From: an uncultured Candidatus Saccharibacteria bacterium
GTDB taxonomy: Bacteria > Patescibacteriota > Minisyncoccia > Minisyncoccales > JANBVM01
NCBI GenBank assembly: GCA_964450805.1
Contig: CAYVDD010000001.1
Span: 6,595-70,594, forward strand
Length of the DNA: 64,000 bases
Reading direction: 5' to 3'
Below, one piece after another: positions 38,812-45,910 of the stretch. A model generated the notes under the pieces. It was given only the letters and a program-made list of their open reading frames with translations, ran no database searches and had not been told where the DNA came from. The first letter of the stretch is position 1. Each line of letters opens with the position of its first letter. Position numbers and translations under genes: made by a program.

Positions 38812-38940
38812 ATTCAAAATCCAGCTAAAATAGAGCCTAAATCTCTAAGACTTTCCCTAATTTCTCTCCAATCAACGGTTCTGACGCGTCCAATAGGGGA
38901 GCTCGTAAAAATCGCCAAGAAGGCGGTTTTTTGGCATAAT
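38812..38940 (+). repeat. Junction element copy 7 (C, full-length form)
   Basis: tattcaaaatccagctaaaatagagcctaaatctctaagactttccctaatttctctccaatcaacGGTTCTgacgCGTCCaatagGGGAGCTcgtaaaaatcgccaagaaggcggtttttt, then the extended -10 TGgCATAAT. Confidence 0.8.
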
Positions 38941-38984
38941 AAAGTAAAGGTAAAAATATTTTATAAATAGTAGAAAATAAAACT

Positions 38985-39284
38985 ATGTCAGGGTTTATTG
39001 ACTTTATAAGAAAACAAGGAGTAATAGGTTTGGCTATTGGTTTTATATTAGGTGCTGCTGTTTCAAAAGTAGCAGCGGCTTTGGTTGAAGATATTATTTA
39101 TCCAATTCTCGGTGTAGCACTTGGTAAGGCAGGAGGCCTTGCGGCTGCCAGTCTTACTATAGGAAGTGTTGAGATACTTTGGGGTCATTTCATAGGGATC
39201 ATTATTGACTTTCTTGTTATTGCCTTAGTTGTGTATTACGTTGTTAAAGGGTTTAAATTAGACCAATTAGACAAGAAAGATTAA
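38985..39284 (+). CDS. mscL: Large-conductance mechanosensitive channel (short form)
   Basis: GVIGLAIGFILGAAVSKVAAALVEDIIYPILG matches the MscL TM1 signature. The 99-aa length is shorter than typical. Confidence 0.75.
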   Translation: MSGFIDFIRKQGVIGLAIGFILGAAVSKVAAALVEDIIYPILGVALGKAGGLAAASLTIGSVEILWGHFIGIIIDFLVIALVVYYVVKGFKLDQLDKKD

Positions 39285-39340
39285 TAGAAATTCTAATATA
39301 ACTATAAAGTCGGCACTTTTACCGTTGCATTTTTAATAAG

Positions 39341-39408
39341 ACAGGTTCTAACCTCGCCCAGTCCCTGTAGTTTTTGAAGCCTTGTCAAGGTGGGGTTCTT
39401 GGTTGACG
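39341..39408 (+). repeat. Junction element copy 8 (I, degenerate)
   Basis: acaGGTTCTaacctCGCCCagtccctgtag..tttgaagccttgtcaaggtggggttcttggTTGACG. Confidence 0.55.
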
Positions 39409-39467
39409 AGAAAGGGTAAATAGATTAGAAATAAGTTAGTAAAATAACTTAAAATTTAAAAACATAA

Positions 39468-39809
39468 TTGGTGATTAGATTGTCTGATGCAGAAAAGAAT
39501 TATTTTCTGGATTTTAAAGATTGGTCAAGCGATAAAATTGATTGGAATGTAAAGGATATTTTTGAAAAATCATTAAATACAATAGGAACCGACAAATTTA
39601 ATGATTACATAGAAAATTATGGTAATATTATGAGGAAAGCAAACAAGGCTTTTAGGAATCTTGTGAATGAGACTAGAGATCTTTTCATATCTCTATTTAA
39701 TTTGATCAATAAAAAGACTTCTTTGAGAGATAAAAAGATACTCATTACGATAGATACATTGTTTTATGAGTGGAAGAGAGGTTTAGATTCACGGATTAAA
39801 TATAAATAA
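39468..39809 (+). CDS. Hypothetical protein
   Basis: 113-aa ORF starting at TTG/GTG, with the terminator gagagg...cctctc plus a T-run at 39832-39864. Confidence 0.4.
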   Translation: MVIRLSDAEKNYFLDFKDWSSDKIDWNVKDIFEKSLNTIGTDKFNDYIENYGNIMRKANKAFRNLVNETRDLFISLFNLINKKTSLRDKKILITIDTLFYEWKRGLDSRIKYK

Positions 39810-39864
39810 TTTTTTTAAAATTGAATTATTTGAGAGGTAAAAAGACTTTTCCTCTCATTTTTTT

Positions 39865-39996
39865 ATTCAAAATCCAGCTAAAATAAGCCTAATTTTATAA
39901 GATTTTCCCTAATTTCACCCCAATTAATGGTTCTGAACGCGTCCAATAGGGGGAGCTTTGAAGCCCGAGATTGTTTCTCGGGTTTTTGGTTTGACA
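39865..39996 (+). repeat. Junction element copy 9 (D, full-length form)
   Basis: tattcaaaatccagctaaaataagcctaattttataagattttccctaatttcaccccaattaatGGTTCTgaacgCGTCCaatagGGGGAGCTttgaag, then the hairpin cccgaga-ttgtt-tctcggg, ttttt, and TTGACA (39991-39996). Confidence 0.8.
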
Positions 39997-40053
39997 AACT
40001 TATTCAAATGTTAGATAAAAAACATAGTTATTTAAAAGGTCAAGAGGTCTATC

Positions 40054-40458
40054 ATGACTATTAAGAGATTTTATATATATGTAAGAGTTGAAGGAATAAA
40101 TAACATTTATGTTCTTAGAGAGATAATCATGAACACGCCAGTTTGTCCTAAACTTAGAAATAAATCTGAAAATTTGAATACTGAGTCAGAATTAGATGAT
40201 TTAATAGAATCAATTAAAAGAATATGTTTTGATCTTAGATGGAATGGTATGCTACTAATTTTCGGCATTCCATATAAAGATTATAGAGGAGGATTCACTT
40301 GGGTTAGCTCTATCAGTGAAGCCTTAGGAGAAAAGACAGAAAACATAGAGCTTGGAATTAGAAATCTATCTCAGGAAGAAAAAAATGTTGTTATAGAAGA
40401 CGTTTTTTCGTATGCTCAGGAGCAAGGACTCTTCTTATGTATATCTGAGCAAAAGTAG
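40054..40458 (+). CDS. Hypothetical protein
   Basis: 134-aa ORF. The true start could be the internal MNTPVCPKL. Confidence 0.4.
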   Translation: MTIKRFYIYVRVEGINNIYVLREIIMNTPVCPKLRNKSENLNTESELDDLIESIKRICFDLRWNGMLLIFGIPYKDYRGGFTWVSSISEALGEKTENIELGIRNLSQEEKNVVIEDVFSYAQEQGLFLCISEQK

Positions 40459-40489
40459 TTTATTCAAAAATTTAATTTTTTTTATTTCC

Positions 40490-40592
40490 TTTTATTCATT
40501 TGAGTCTTTCAAGGAATTGAAAGATTCAAATGAGGAAGTAAGAAAAATACATCAAAAAATGTCTTTAATATATATAGGCAGTTTTTTGTTAT
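40490..40592 (+). repeat. ~105 bp direct repeat R1, copy 2
   Basis: Same sequence as 38029-38135, with a few substitutions by eye (for example gactc to gattc in the hairpin). Confidence 0.85.
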
Positions 40593-40675
40593 TTTAAGTA
40601 TTAAAAAGCTTTTAACATCACTCCTATTTTTACCACCATTTCTTCAGGATTTTCAATAAAACCAAGCCCTTCAAA

Positions 40676-40707
40676 GGTTCGAAAATTGTGCGATAGAGGC
40701 GGTTTTT
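40676..40707 (+). repeat. Junction element copy 10 (M, highly degenerate)
   Basis: aaaGGTTCGaaaattgtgcgatagaggcggttttt. Only the GGTTC core and the ggcggttttt end are retained. Confidence 0.35.
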
Positions 40708-40720
40708 AATTTATTCACAA

Positions 40721-40748
40721 TTGACAATGTTTATTGTTGAAATATAAT
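40721..40748 (+). promoter_or_regulatory. Consensus promoter P1 of twin module 1
   Basis: TTGACA (40721-40726), 16 nt, then TATAAT (40743-40748). Confidence 0.6.
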
Positions 40749-40958
40749 TTCTGTAAGAGTAATTTTGTCGGGGCTGGTCTCTCGTCAATTACTTATCAAC
40801 CAACAGGATTCAATTGGCACAGGACAGGAAAAACTTATTTTCCTTAAAGCGTCAATGAGTCTTGACTGAAATGGCCAAGAAGAAAAAAAAGAAGAAGTAA
40901 ATTTACTTATTCTAAGAGGCGCCAAAAGGTGCCTCTTATTGATTTAATTTATTTACTA

Positions 40959-40986
40959 TTGACAGCATTATTGGATGAAATATAAT
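40959..40986 (+). promoter_or_regulatory. Consensus promoter P2 of twin module 2
   Basis: TTGACA (40959-40964), 16 nt, then TATAAT (40981-40986). The context gaaatataatt is the same as at P1. Confidence 0.6.
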
Positions 40987-40992
40987 TTTCTT

Positions 40993-41133
40993 ATGCAAAA
41001 GATTCTGCGAGTTGGTCGCGCAAGATCTTTTGTGAATAAAGATTTTTTACTAATAAGTCTTAAAAGAATGATTTTAGAATTCAAACTTATCCAAGAGGAA
41101 GAATGGGAAGAAGACGAGGAAGAAGAAGAGTAA
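40993..41133 (+). CDS. 46-aa micro-protein with basic N-half and poly-acidic tail (not in ORF track)
   Basis: The ATG lies 6 nt after the P2 -10 (leaderless geometry). Translation is MQKILRVGRARSFVNKDFLLISLKRMILEFKLIQEEEWEEDEEEEE. The terminator caaaagacagc-taatt-gctgtcttttg lies at 41152-41178. Confidence 0.35.
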   Translation: MQKILRVGRARSFVNKDFLLISLKRMILEFKLIQEEEWEEDEEEEE

Positions 41134-41214
41134 TGTTGATTAAATAAAGACCAAAAGACAGCTAATTGCTGTCTTTTGTCTTCAGGAGAAACACTGCCAG
41201 AGATTGAACTTATA

Positions 41215-41320
41215 AAACAGGTTTTAACATCGTCCGTGCCTCGGAGCAGACCAAGACGCTTTAGGCGTTAGTGCGACCGACAAACATAAAATCGCCATAA
41301 TGGTGGTTTTTTGATATAAT
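41215..41320 (+). repeat. Junction element copy 11 (J)
   Basis: aaaacaGGTTTTaacatCGTCCgtgcctCGGAGCa...aaaatcgccataatggtggtttttt, then the extended -10 TGaTATAAT (41312-41320). Confidence 0.7.
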
Positions 41321-41366
41321 TAAGAAATAAAGGTTTTCTAATTATTAACGAATTTAATATTATAAA

Positions 41367-42356
41367 ATGAATACATATTTTAGTAATAGTTCTATAAGAA
41401 GAGCTAGTTCCGTAAAAAACACTAATTCAGTTCAGATTTTTGTTAGATTATTTGTCTGGATAATTTCTTTTGTAATTTTAGGAATTATTTCGATGATGGC
41501 TAGAGGAGAGTCGGTTCAAGGCATAGAAAGCTTTCTATCATTAGGAATTCTTTATATTTTACTTAATGCTTGGCTAGCTAGTGTTATATCAGGCATGTTT
41601 CACATTCTTCCTGAATGGCAGAATATGGTTCTTTTGAAATTGGGAAAATTTGATAGTGTAAGAAAGGCTGGATTTTTCATAATTCCTCCTTTTGTTTATT
41701 CAATAGCATCTATCGTTGATATCAGAATTGAAACTCGTCAGGTTGAAGCAACTAATACCCTTACTAAAGATAATGTTCCAACAAAAGTAACAGCAGCTGT
41801 TGAATTTAGAATAGAAGACTCAAGAAAAGCTGTGATTGATGTTCAAAACTATAGACAATCAGTCATTTGGTTAGCTACCGAAGCTTTAAAGAATACAATC
41901 GGTAGCATGACTTTAAAAGAACTTCTTAGTGAGCGAGAGCAAATCGCTATTTCTTTAAAAGAACACATTGATAAAGGAGCGGTTGTTTACGGAATAGATG
42001 TTAGAGCGGTAAGAATTACTGATATTGATACGCCTCAGTCACTTATTGAAGAATTGGCCGTTATAGCTAGGGCTAGGAGAGCAGCTGAGGCTAAGAAAAT
42101 ACAAGCTGATGCTGAAGTTCAGGTTGCCAATAAGATTTTTCAGGCAAGCGAGATTCTAAAAAGAAGCTCTGGAGGCATGAGATTAAGAGAGCTTCAGGTT
42201 CTGAATGAGATGAGCAAAGAAGAAAGCTCAATGGTTATTGTGTATCCTTATGGTGATAGAGCAGGCCAAGGAATAGCTAATGCAGCAGCTGGAACGGAAA
42301 AAAGGGATGTAAAAGAAAAAAGTAAAGAGAATCAAGAACTTTTAAAACAAGATTAA
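41367..42356 (+). CDS. SPFH/band-7 (stomatin/prohibitin-like) membrane protein
   Basis: N-terminal TM helices, then VLLKLGKFDSVRKAGFFIIPPF...VDIRIETRQVEA..TKDNVPTKVTAAVEFRI and an A/E-rich coiled coil. Confidence 0.8.
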   Translation: MNTYFSNSSIRRASSVKNTNSVQIFVRLFVWIISFVILGIISMMARGESVQGIESFLSLGILYILLNAWLASVISGMFHILPEWQNMVLLKLGKFDSVRKAGFFIIPPFVYSIASIVDIRIETRQVEATNTLTKDNVPTKVTAAVEFRIEDSRKAVIDVQNYRQSVIWLATEALKNTIGSMTLKELLSEREQIAISLKEHIDKGAVVYGIDVRAVRITDIDTPQSLIEELAVIARARRAAEAKKIQADAEVQVANKIFQASEILKRSSGGMRLRELQVLNEMSKEESSMVIVYPYGDRAGQGIANAAAGTEKRDVKEKSKENQELLKQD

Positions 42357-42366
42357 TTTATCTATC

Positions 42367-42420
42367 AAACAGGTTCTAACATCGTCCTTTCCCCGGAGCT
42401 CGTAAAATCGTTTATTTTTT
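42367..42420 (+). repeat. Junction element copy 12 (K)
   Basis: aaacaGGTTCTaacatCGTCCtttcccCGGAGCTcgtaaaatcgtttatttttt. TTGACG-17-TATACT follows at 42454-42482. Confidence 0.7.
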
Positions 42421-42546
42421 AAAAGTAGCTTTTAAGTTAAGGACAAATAGTACTTGACGAGGTATAGTTATGGGTGTATACTCATAATAGATAATTATTA
42501 AAAAGGTCGGACTATTATTAAGTATTAAATTATTAAAGATAAAAAT

Positions 42547-42816
42547 ATGCCAAGATTTGACGGAACTGGTCCTTTAGGCTATGGCCCTGGTACTGGTTGG
42601 GGTTTAGGCCCTTGTGGCGGAGGTATGGCGTATGGGCGCAGAGGAAGAGGCAGAAGACGAGGATTTGGTTGGGGAAGGTTTTGGGGGGGATATTCTCCTA
42701 CTTATAGTCCTTCTAAAAAAGAAGAAACAGAAACACTTTTAGAAGAAGCAGAACTTCTAGAAGAGGAACTTAAAGCTATTAAATCTCGTTTATCTAAACT
42801 TAAAGGCCAAAAATAA
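42547..42816 (+). CDS. DUF5320 family protein
   Basis: MPRFDGTGPLGYGPGTGWGLGPCGGG, then a G/R-rich stretch and a C-terminal coiled coil. Confidence 0.7.
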   Translation: MPRFDGTGPLGYGPGTGWGLGPCGGGMAYGRRGRGRRRGFGWGRFWGGYSPTYSPSKKEETETLLEEAELLEEELKAIKSRLSKLKGQK

Positions 42817-42885
42817 AGAACTAATCTCGCCTTATATTAAATAAGGCGCTTTAGTTTAAAATTAAATAAAAAATCAAAAGAGATT

Positions 42886-43224
42886 ATGAAAATAGCAGTA
42901 AGCTCAACAAGCAAAAATATTGAAACTAATATTTCTGATGTCTTTGGAAGATGTCCTTATTTCATAATTGTTGAAATTGAAAATAAGAAAATAGAAAAAA
43001 CAGAAGCAATAAAGAACGAGGGCATTAATCAGACAAGCGGGGCTGGTATTTCCACTGCTCAATTAATGGCAGAAAAAGACGTTAAAGCTGTAATTACGGG
43101 AAATATAGGACCAAGAGCTTTGGATGTTTTGAACCAATTTGACATTGATATTTACTTTGGGAAAGGCGTGATAAAAAAACTTCTACAGAAGTTTATAGAC
43201 GGGAAGCTCAAAAAGATAAATTGA
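42886..43224 (+). CDS. NifB/NifX-family (dinitrogenase FeMo-cofactor-binding domain) protein
   Basis: MKIAVSS....SDVFGRCPYFIIVE...AVITGNIGPRALDVL. Confidence 0.7.
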   Translation: MKIAVSSTSKNIETNISDVFGRCPYFIIVEIENKKIEKTEAIKNEGINQTSGAGISTAQLMAEKDVKAVITGNIGPRALDVLNQFDIDIYFGKGVIKKLLQKFIDGKLKKIN

Positions 43225-43225
43225 T

Positions 43226-43585
43226 ATGAAAATTGTTGTCCCGACAAATTCTAGAAAGGGCTTAAATGATAAAGTAGCCGAGCATTTTGGTCGTTGTTTA
43301 ACTTATACTTTTCTTAATGAACAAGGGGAAGTAATAGAAATTATAGATAATACCAGCGAGCACATGGGTGGCGCGGGACTTCCACCAGAATTAATGAAAA
43401 AGCATGGTGCGGACACTTTATTATGTAAAGATATTGGTCCAAGAGCGATTGGTTTGTGTAAAGAGTTGGGAATTGATGTGTATGTACATCAGGCAGAAAC
43501 AGTGAAGGATATTTTTGAACTGTGGCAGAATAAAAAACTTAAGAAAGCAGGCGTAGAAGATGCCTGTAAAGAGCATAAAATATGA
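43226..43585 (+). CDS. NifB/NifX-family protein (second paralog)
   Basis: MKIVVPT...VAEHFGRCLTYTF...LLCKDIGPRAIGLC. Confidence 0.7.
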   Translation: MKIVVPTNSRKGLNDKVAEHFGRCLTYTFLNEQGEVIEIIDNTSEHMGGAGLPPELMKKHGADTLLCKDIGPRAIGLCKELGIDVYVHQAETVKDIFELWQNKKLKKAGVEDACKEHKI

Positions 43586-44454
43586 AAATAGCAGTAACAG
43601 GCGGAAAAGGAGGCACAGGTAAATCATTAGTTGCCACCTCCTTGGCCGTTGAATTTGCTAAAAATAACAAAACTGCTCTTTTGGATGTTGATGTTGAATG
43701 TCCAAATGATCATCTTCTTCTTTCTGTTAAAAGAAAGAAGTTTACTAAAATATACCAGCCCATACCAAAATGGGATTTTGATAAATGTACAAAGTGTGGT
43801 AAATGTGCCTCTGTTTGTAAGCAGAATGCAATTGTTTTTGTTAAAAATAAATACCCGGCATTTGTAAAAGATGTTTGTATTGGTTGTAAGGCTTGTATTG
43901 TTGCTTGTCCTCAAAATGCTATTTCTGAAGCCAAAAAAGAAATTGGCACAATTTATACAGGAAAAAACTATAATTTGATTTTAATTTCGGGAGAGCTTAA
44001 ATTAGGTGAACTGTCCTCTGGTGAAGTAGTAGCTGAAGTTAGAAAGCATTCTGAAAAAATCAACAAAAAATTAAAAAGCAAAATCATTTTAATAGATTCT
44101 GCAGCTGGAATTGGTTGTCCCGTCATTGCTTCATTGGTTGGCACTGATTATATTGTGGCGGTAACTGAACCAACACCCTCTGCCTTACATGATTTAAAAC
44201 GAGTTTTATACCTCGCCAACCATTTTCAAATTAAGCACGGAATTGTTATTAATAAATATGATTTAGCAAAGAATTTTTGTTTAGAGATAGAGAAGTTTGC
44301 TAAAATTAATAATATAGCAATTATTGGAAAGATTCCCTACAGGAAGGATTTTGTTGATGCGACTATAAAGATGAAACCAGTAACCAAGATAAATCCAGAT
44401 TATCAAGAGCTATTTCAGAAAATTATTAAACAAATAAAATTATCAATAAAATGA
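43582..44454 (+). CDS. MinD/Mrp-like P-loop ATPase with 2x[4Fe-4S] ferredoxin insert
   Basis: Deviant Walker A GGKGGTGKS, plus CTKCGKCASVCKQNAI and CIGCKACIVACPQNAI. An ATGA overlap links it to the upstream gene. Confidence 0.75.
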   Translation: MKIAVTGGKGGTGKSLVATSLAVEFAKNNKTALLDVDVECPNDHLLLSVKRKKFTKIYQPIPKWDFDKCTKCGKCASVCKQNAIVFVKNKYPAFVKDVCIGCKACIVACPQNAISEAKKEIGTIYTGKNYNLILISGELKLGELSSGEVVAEVRKHSEKINKKLKSKIILIDSAAGIGCPVIASLVGTDYIVAVTEPTPSALHDLKRVLYLANHFQIKHGIVINKYDLAKNFCLEIEKFAKINNIAIIGKIPYRKDFVDATIKMKPVTKINPDYQELFQKIIKQIKLSIK

Positions 44455-45500
44455 AGCAAAAGGTTGCAGCAATTTCAATACTGGCTAATATGATTTTAGC
44501 TGTGGGTAAATTAATAGCTGGTTTTATATCGGGCTCTGGCGCTATTTTTGCTGAAGGCCTGCATTCGGGAATGGATATATTGTCTTCTGCAATAAGTTTT
44601 ATTGGTATCAAAATTTCCAAAAAACCCGTAGATAAAAAGCATCCATATGGCCACTATAAGTTTGAGGTTATGGCTGGTTTTATTATAACTATCATTTTAT
44701 TTCTGACAGGGTTATTCATTGTAGTAGAATCAATCCGCGAGTTTAGAAATCCTTCTCCCGTAACTATTGGCCATTTAGCATTAGGAGTAATGCTGGCATC
44801 AGCCGTGATTAACGAAACAATGGCAAGATTAAAAATTAAATACGGTAAAAAAGAAAGTTCAGTTTCTTTGCTATCTGACGGGATTCATTCCAGAGTTGAT
44901 GTTTATACCTCACTGGTGGTTTTCGCAGGATTATTTCTAACAAAATACTGGATTTACAGCGATTCAGTTTTGGCTTTATTAATTGGTTTATATATTATCA
45001 AAGAATCTTTTTCATTAGGTAAAGAAGCAGTTGATTCCCTGCTTGATGTTTCAGCTGGCGGAGAAATAGAAGAAGAAATAAGCTCAATCGCTAAAGCACA
45101 AAATGTTCAACTTGATTCTTTGAAAACACAGAAAAAAGGTTCTGCTATAACTGCTAATTTGGAAATAAATCTGCCCAGTAATTTGAGTGTAGAAGAAGCA
45201 ACCAAAATTTCCAATAATTTAAGGGAGAAACTTATAAAAGAAATAGAGAAGCTTGAATATGTCGCTATTCAAATCACAAGCCACGAACTGGAAACTGGAT
45301 TTTATAAGCTTGGTTTTGGTCGTGGTTTTGGTTGGCAAAGGAGGGGTAGATTTAGAAGTAAAGTAAAAGAAGCAGCGGGCAAAGGGCCCGGCGGTTATTG
45401 TGTTTGCGAGAAATGTAATTATAAAACACCTCATCAAAGAGGGATTCCTTGTTTAAGCTTAAAATGTCCAACTTGTAATATAAACCTAAAAAGAGAATAA
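44451..45500 (+). CDS. Cation diffusion facilitator transporter fused to a G/R-rich plus zinc-ribbon tail
   Basis: CDF TM core (ANMILAVGKLIAGFISGSGAIFAEGLHSGMDIL, HSRVD) and a cytoplasmic domain. The tail is GFGRGFGWQRRGRF...GGYCVCEKCNYKTPHQRGIPCLSLKCPTCN. Confidence 0.75.
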   Translation: MKQKVAAISILANMILAVGKLIAGFISGSGAIFAEGLHSGMDILSSAISFIGIKISKKPVDKKHPYGHYKFEVMAGFIITIILFLTGLFIVVESIREFRNPSPVTIGHLALGVMLASAVINETMARLKIKYGKKESSVSLLSDGIHSRVDVYTSLVVFAGLFLTKYWIYSDSVLALLIGLYIIKESFSLGKEAVDSLLDVSAGGEIEEEISSIAKAQNVQLDSLKTQKKGSAITANLEINLPSNLSVEEATKISNNLREKLIKEIEKLEYVAIQITSHELETGFYKLGFGRGFGWQRRGRFRSKVKEAAGKGPGGYCVCEKCNYKTPHQRGIPCLSLKCPTCNINLKRE

Positions 45501-45501
45501 T

Positions 45502-45783
45502 ATGGCCAGACCAAGATTATTCCGAAGAATTCGGTTCAATCCAAACATAACTTATTTCAAACCTCAAGGTGTACCAATGAGATTTTTAGATATTGTTGAA
45601 TTAACTACTGAAGAGGTGGAAGCTTTAAGATTAAAAAACAGAAAAGACCTGAAACAAGTTGAATGTGCCAAACGAATGAAAACTTCCCAAAGCACTTTTC
45701 AGAGAATTTTATCATCGGCCTATGAAAAGGTTACAGATGCTTTAGTAGAGGGCAAGGCAATAAAGATAATAAAGACAGATTAA
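45502..45783 (+). CDS. DUF134 (UPF0251) HTH protein
   Basis: MARPRLFRRIRF.P....FKPQGVP......VELTTEEVEALRLKN...L.Q.ECAKRM.TSQSTFQRIL.SAYEKVTDALVEGKAIKI. Confidence 0.8.
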   Translation: MARPRLFRRIRFNPNITYFKPQGVPMRFLDIVELTTEEVEALRLKNRKDLKQVECAKRMKTSQSTFQRILSSAYEKVTDALVEGKAIKIIKTD

Positions 45784-45830
45784 TTGGAAAGGTATTTTAA
45801 TTATTCAAATACTGGAAGATTTTTCCAAAA

Positions 45831-45902
45831 TCAGGTTTTAATATTGTATCATTTCTAAAGCTGAGCTCAAAAATCGCCAAGAAGGCAATTCTTTGATATA
45901 AT
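45831..45902 (+). repeat. Junction element copy 13 (L, degenerate, last in array)
   Basis: tcaGGTTTTaatattgtatcatttctaaagctGAGCTCaaaaatcgccaagaaggcaattcttTGaTATAAT. Confidence 0.55.
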
Positions 45903-45910
45903 AAAACAAT

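Larger units (their letters stand above)
21565..45902. mobile_element. tRNA-Asn-adjacent genomic island / integrated element (right boundary uncertain)
   Basis: It starts inside the tRNA-Asn 3' end with a serine recombinase gene. It contains phage-like, R-M and defence-like genes and a cassette-like array. Housekeeping genes resume after ~46.3-47.5 kb. Confidence 0.45.

Noticed and set aside
38877-38905. Group II intron domain V-like sequence (GAGC...GGTTC ends on the minus strand)
   Set aside because: The segment cannot form the 34-nt domain V hairpin. There is no GAAA-type loop, bulge or intron ORF context.
40871-40900. MAKKKKKKK micro-ORF as a Lys-sensing attenuation leader
   Set aside because: No downstream structural gene is in the same transcription unit, since a terminator follows at 40914-40937. 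No alternative antiterminator pairing was found. It more likely reflects a frame-shifted copy of the poly-Glu tail tract in the twin module.
32903-45902. Classical integron (attC cassette array)
   Set aside because: No IntI-type tyrosine recombinase or attI/Pc is visible. I found no inverted-repeat partner (GTTAGAAC) for the junction core downstream of it, so there is no R''/R' pairing. The 7-mer ending in AAC (TTCTAAC) also misses RYYYAAC at its first position. Cassettes carry their own promoters and terminators. The region is kept as an integron-like unknown rather than called an integron.
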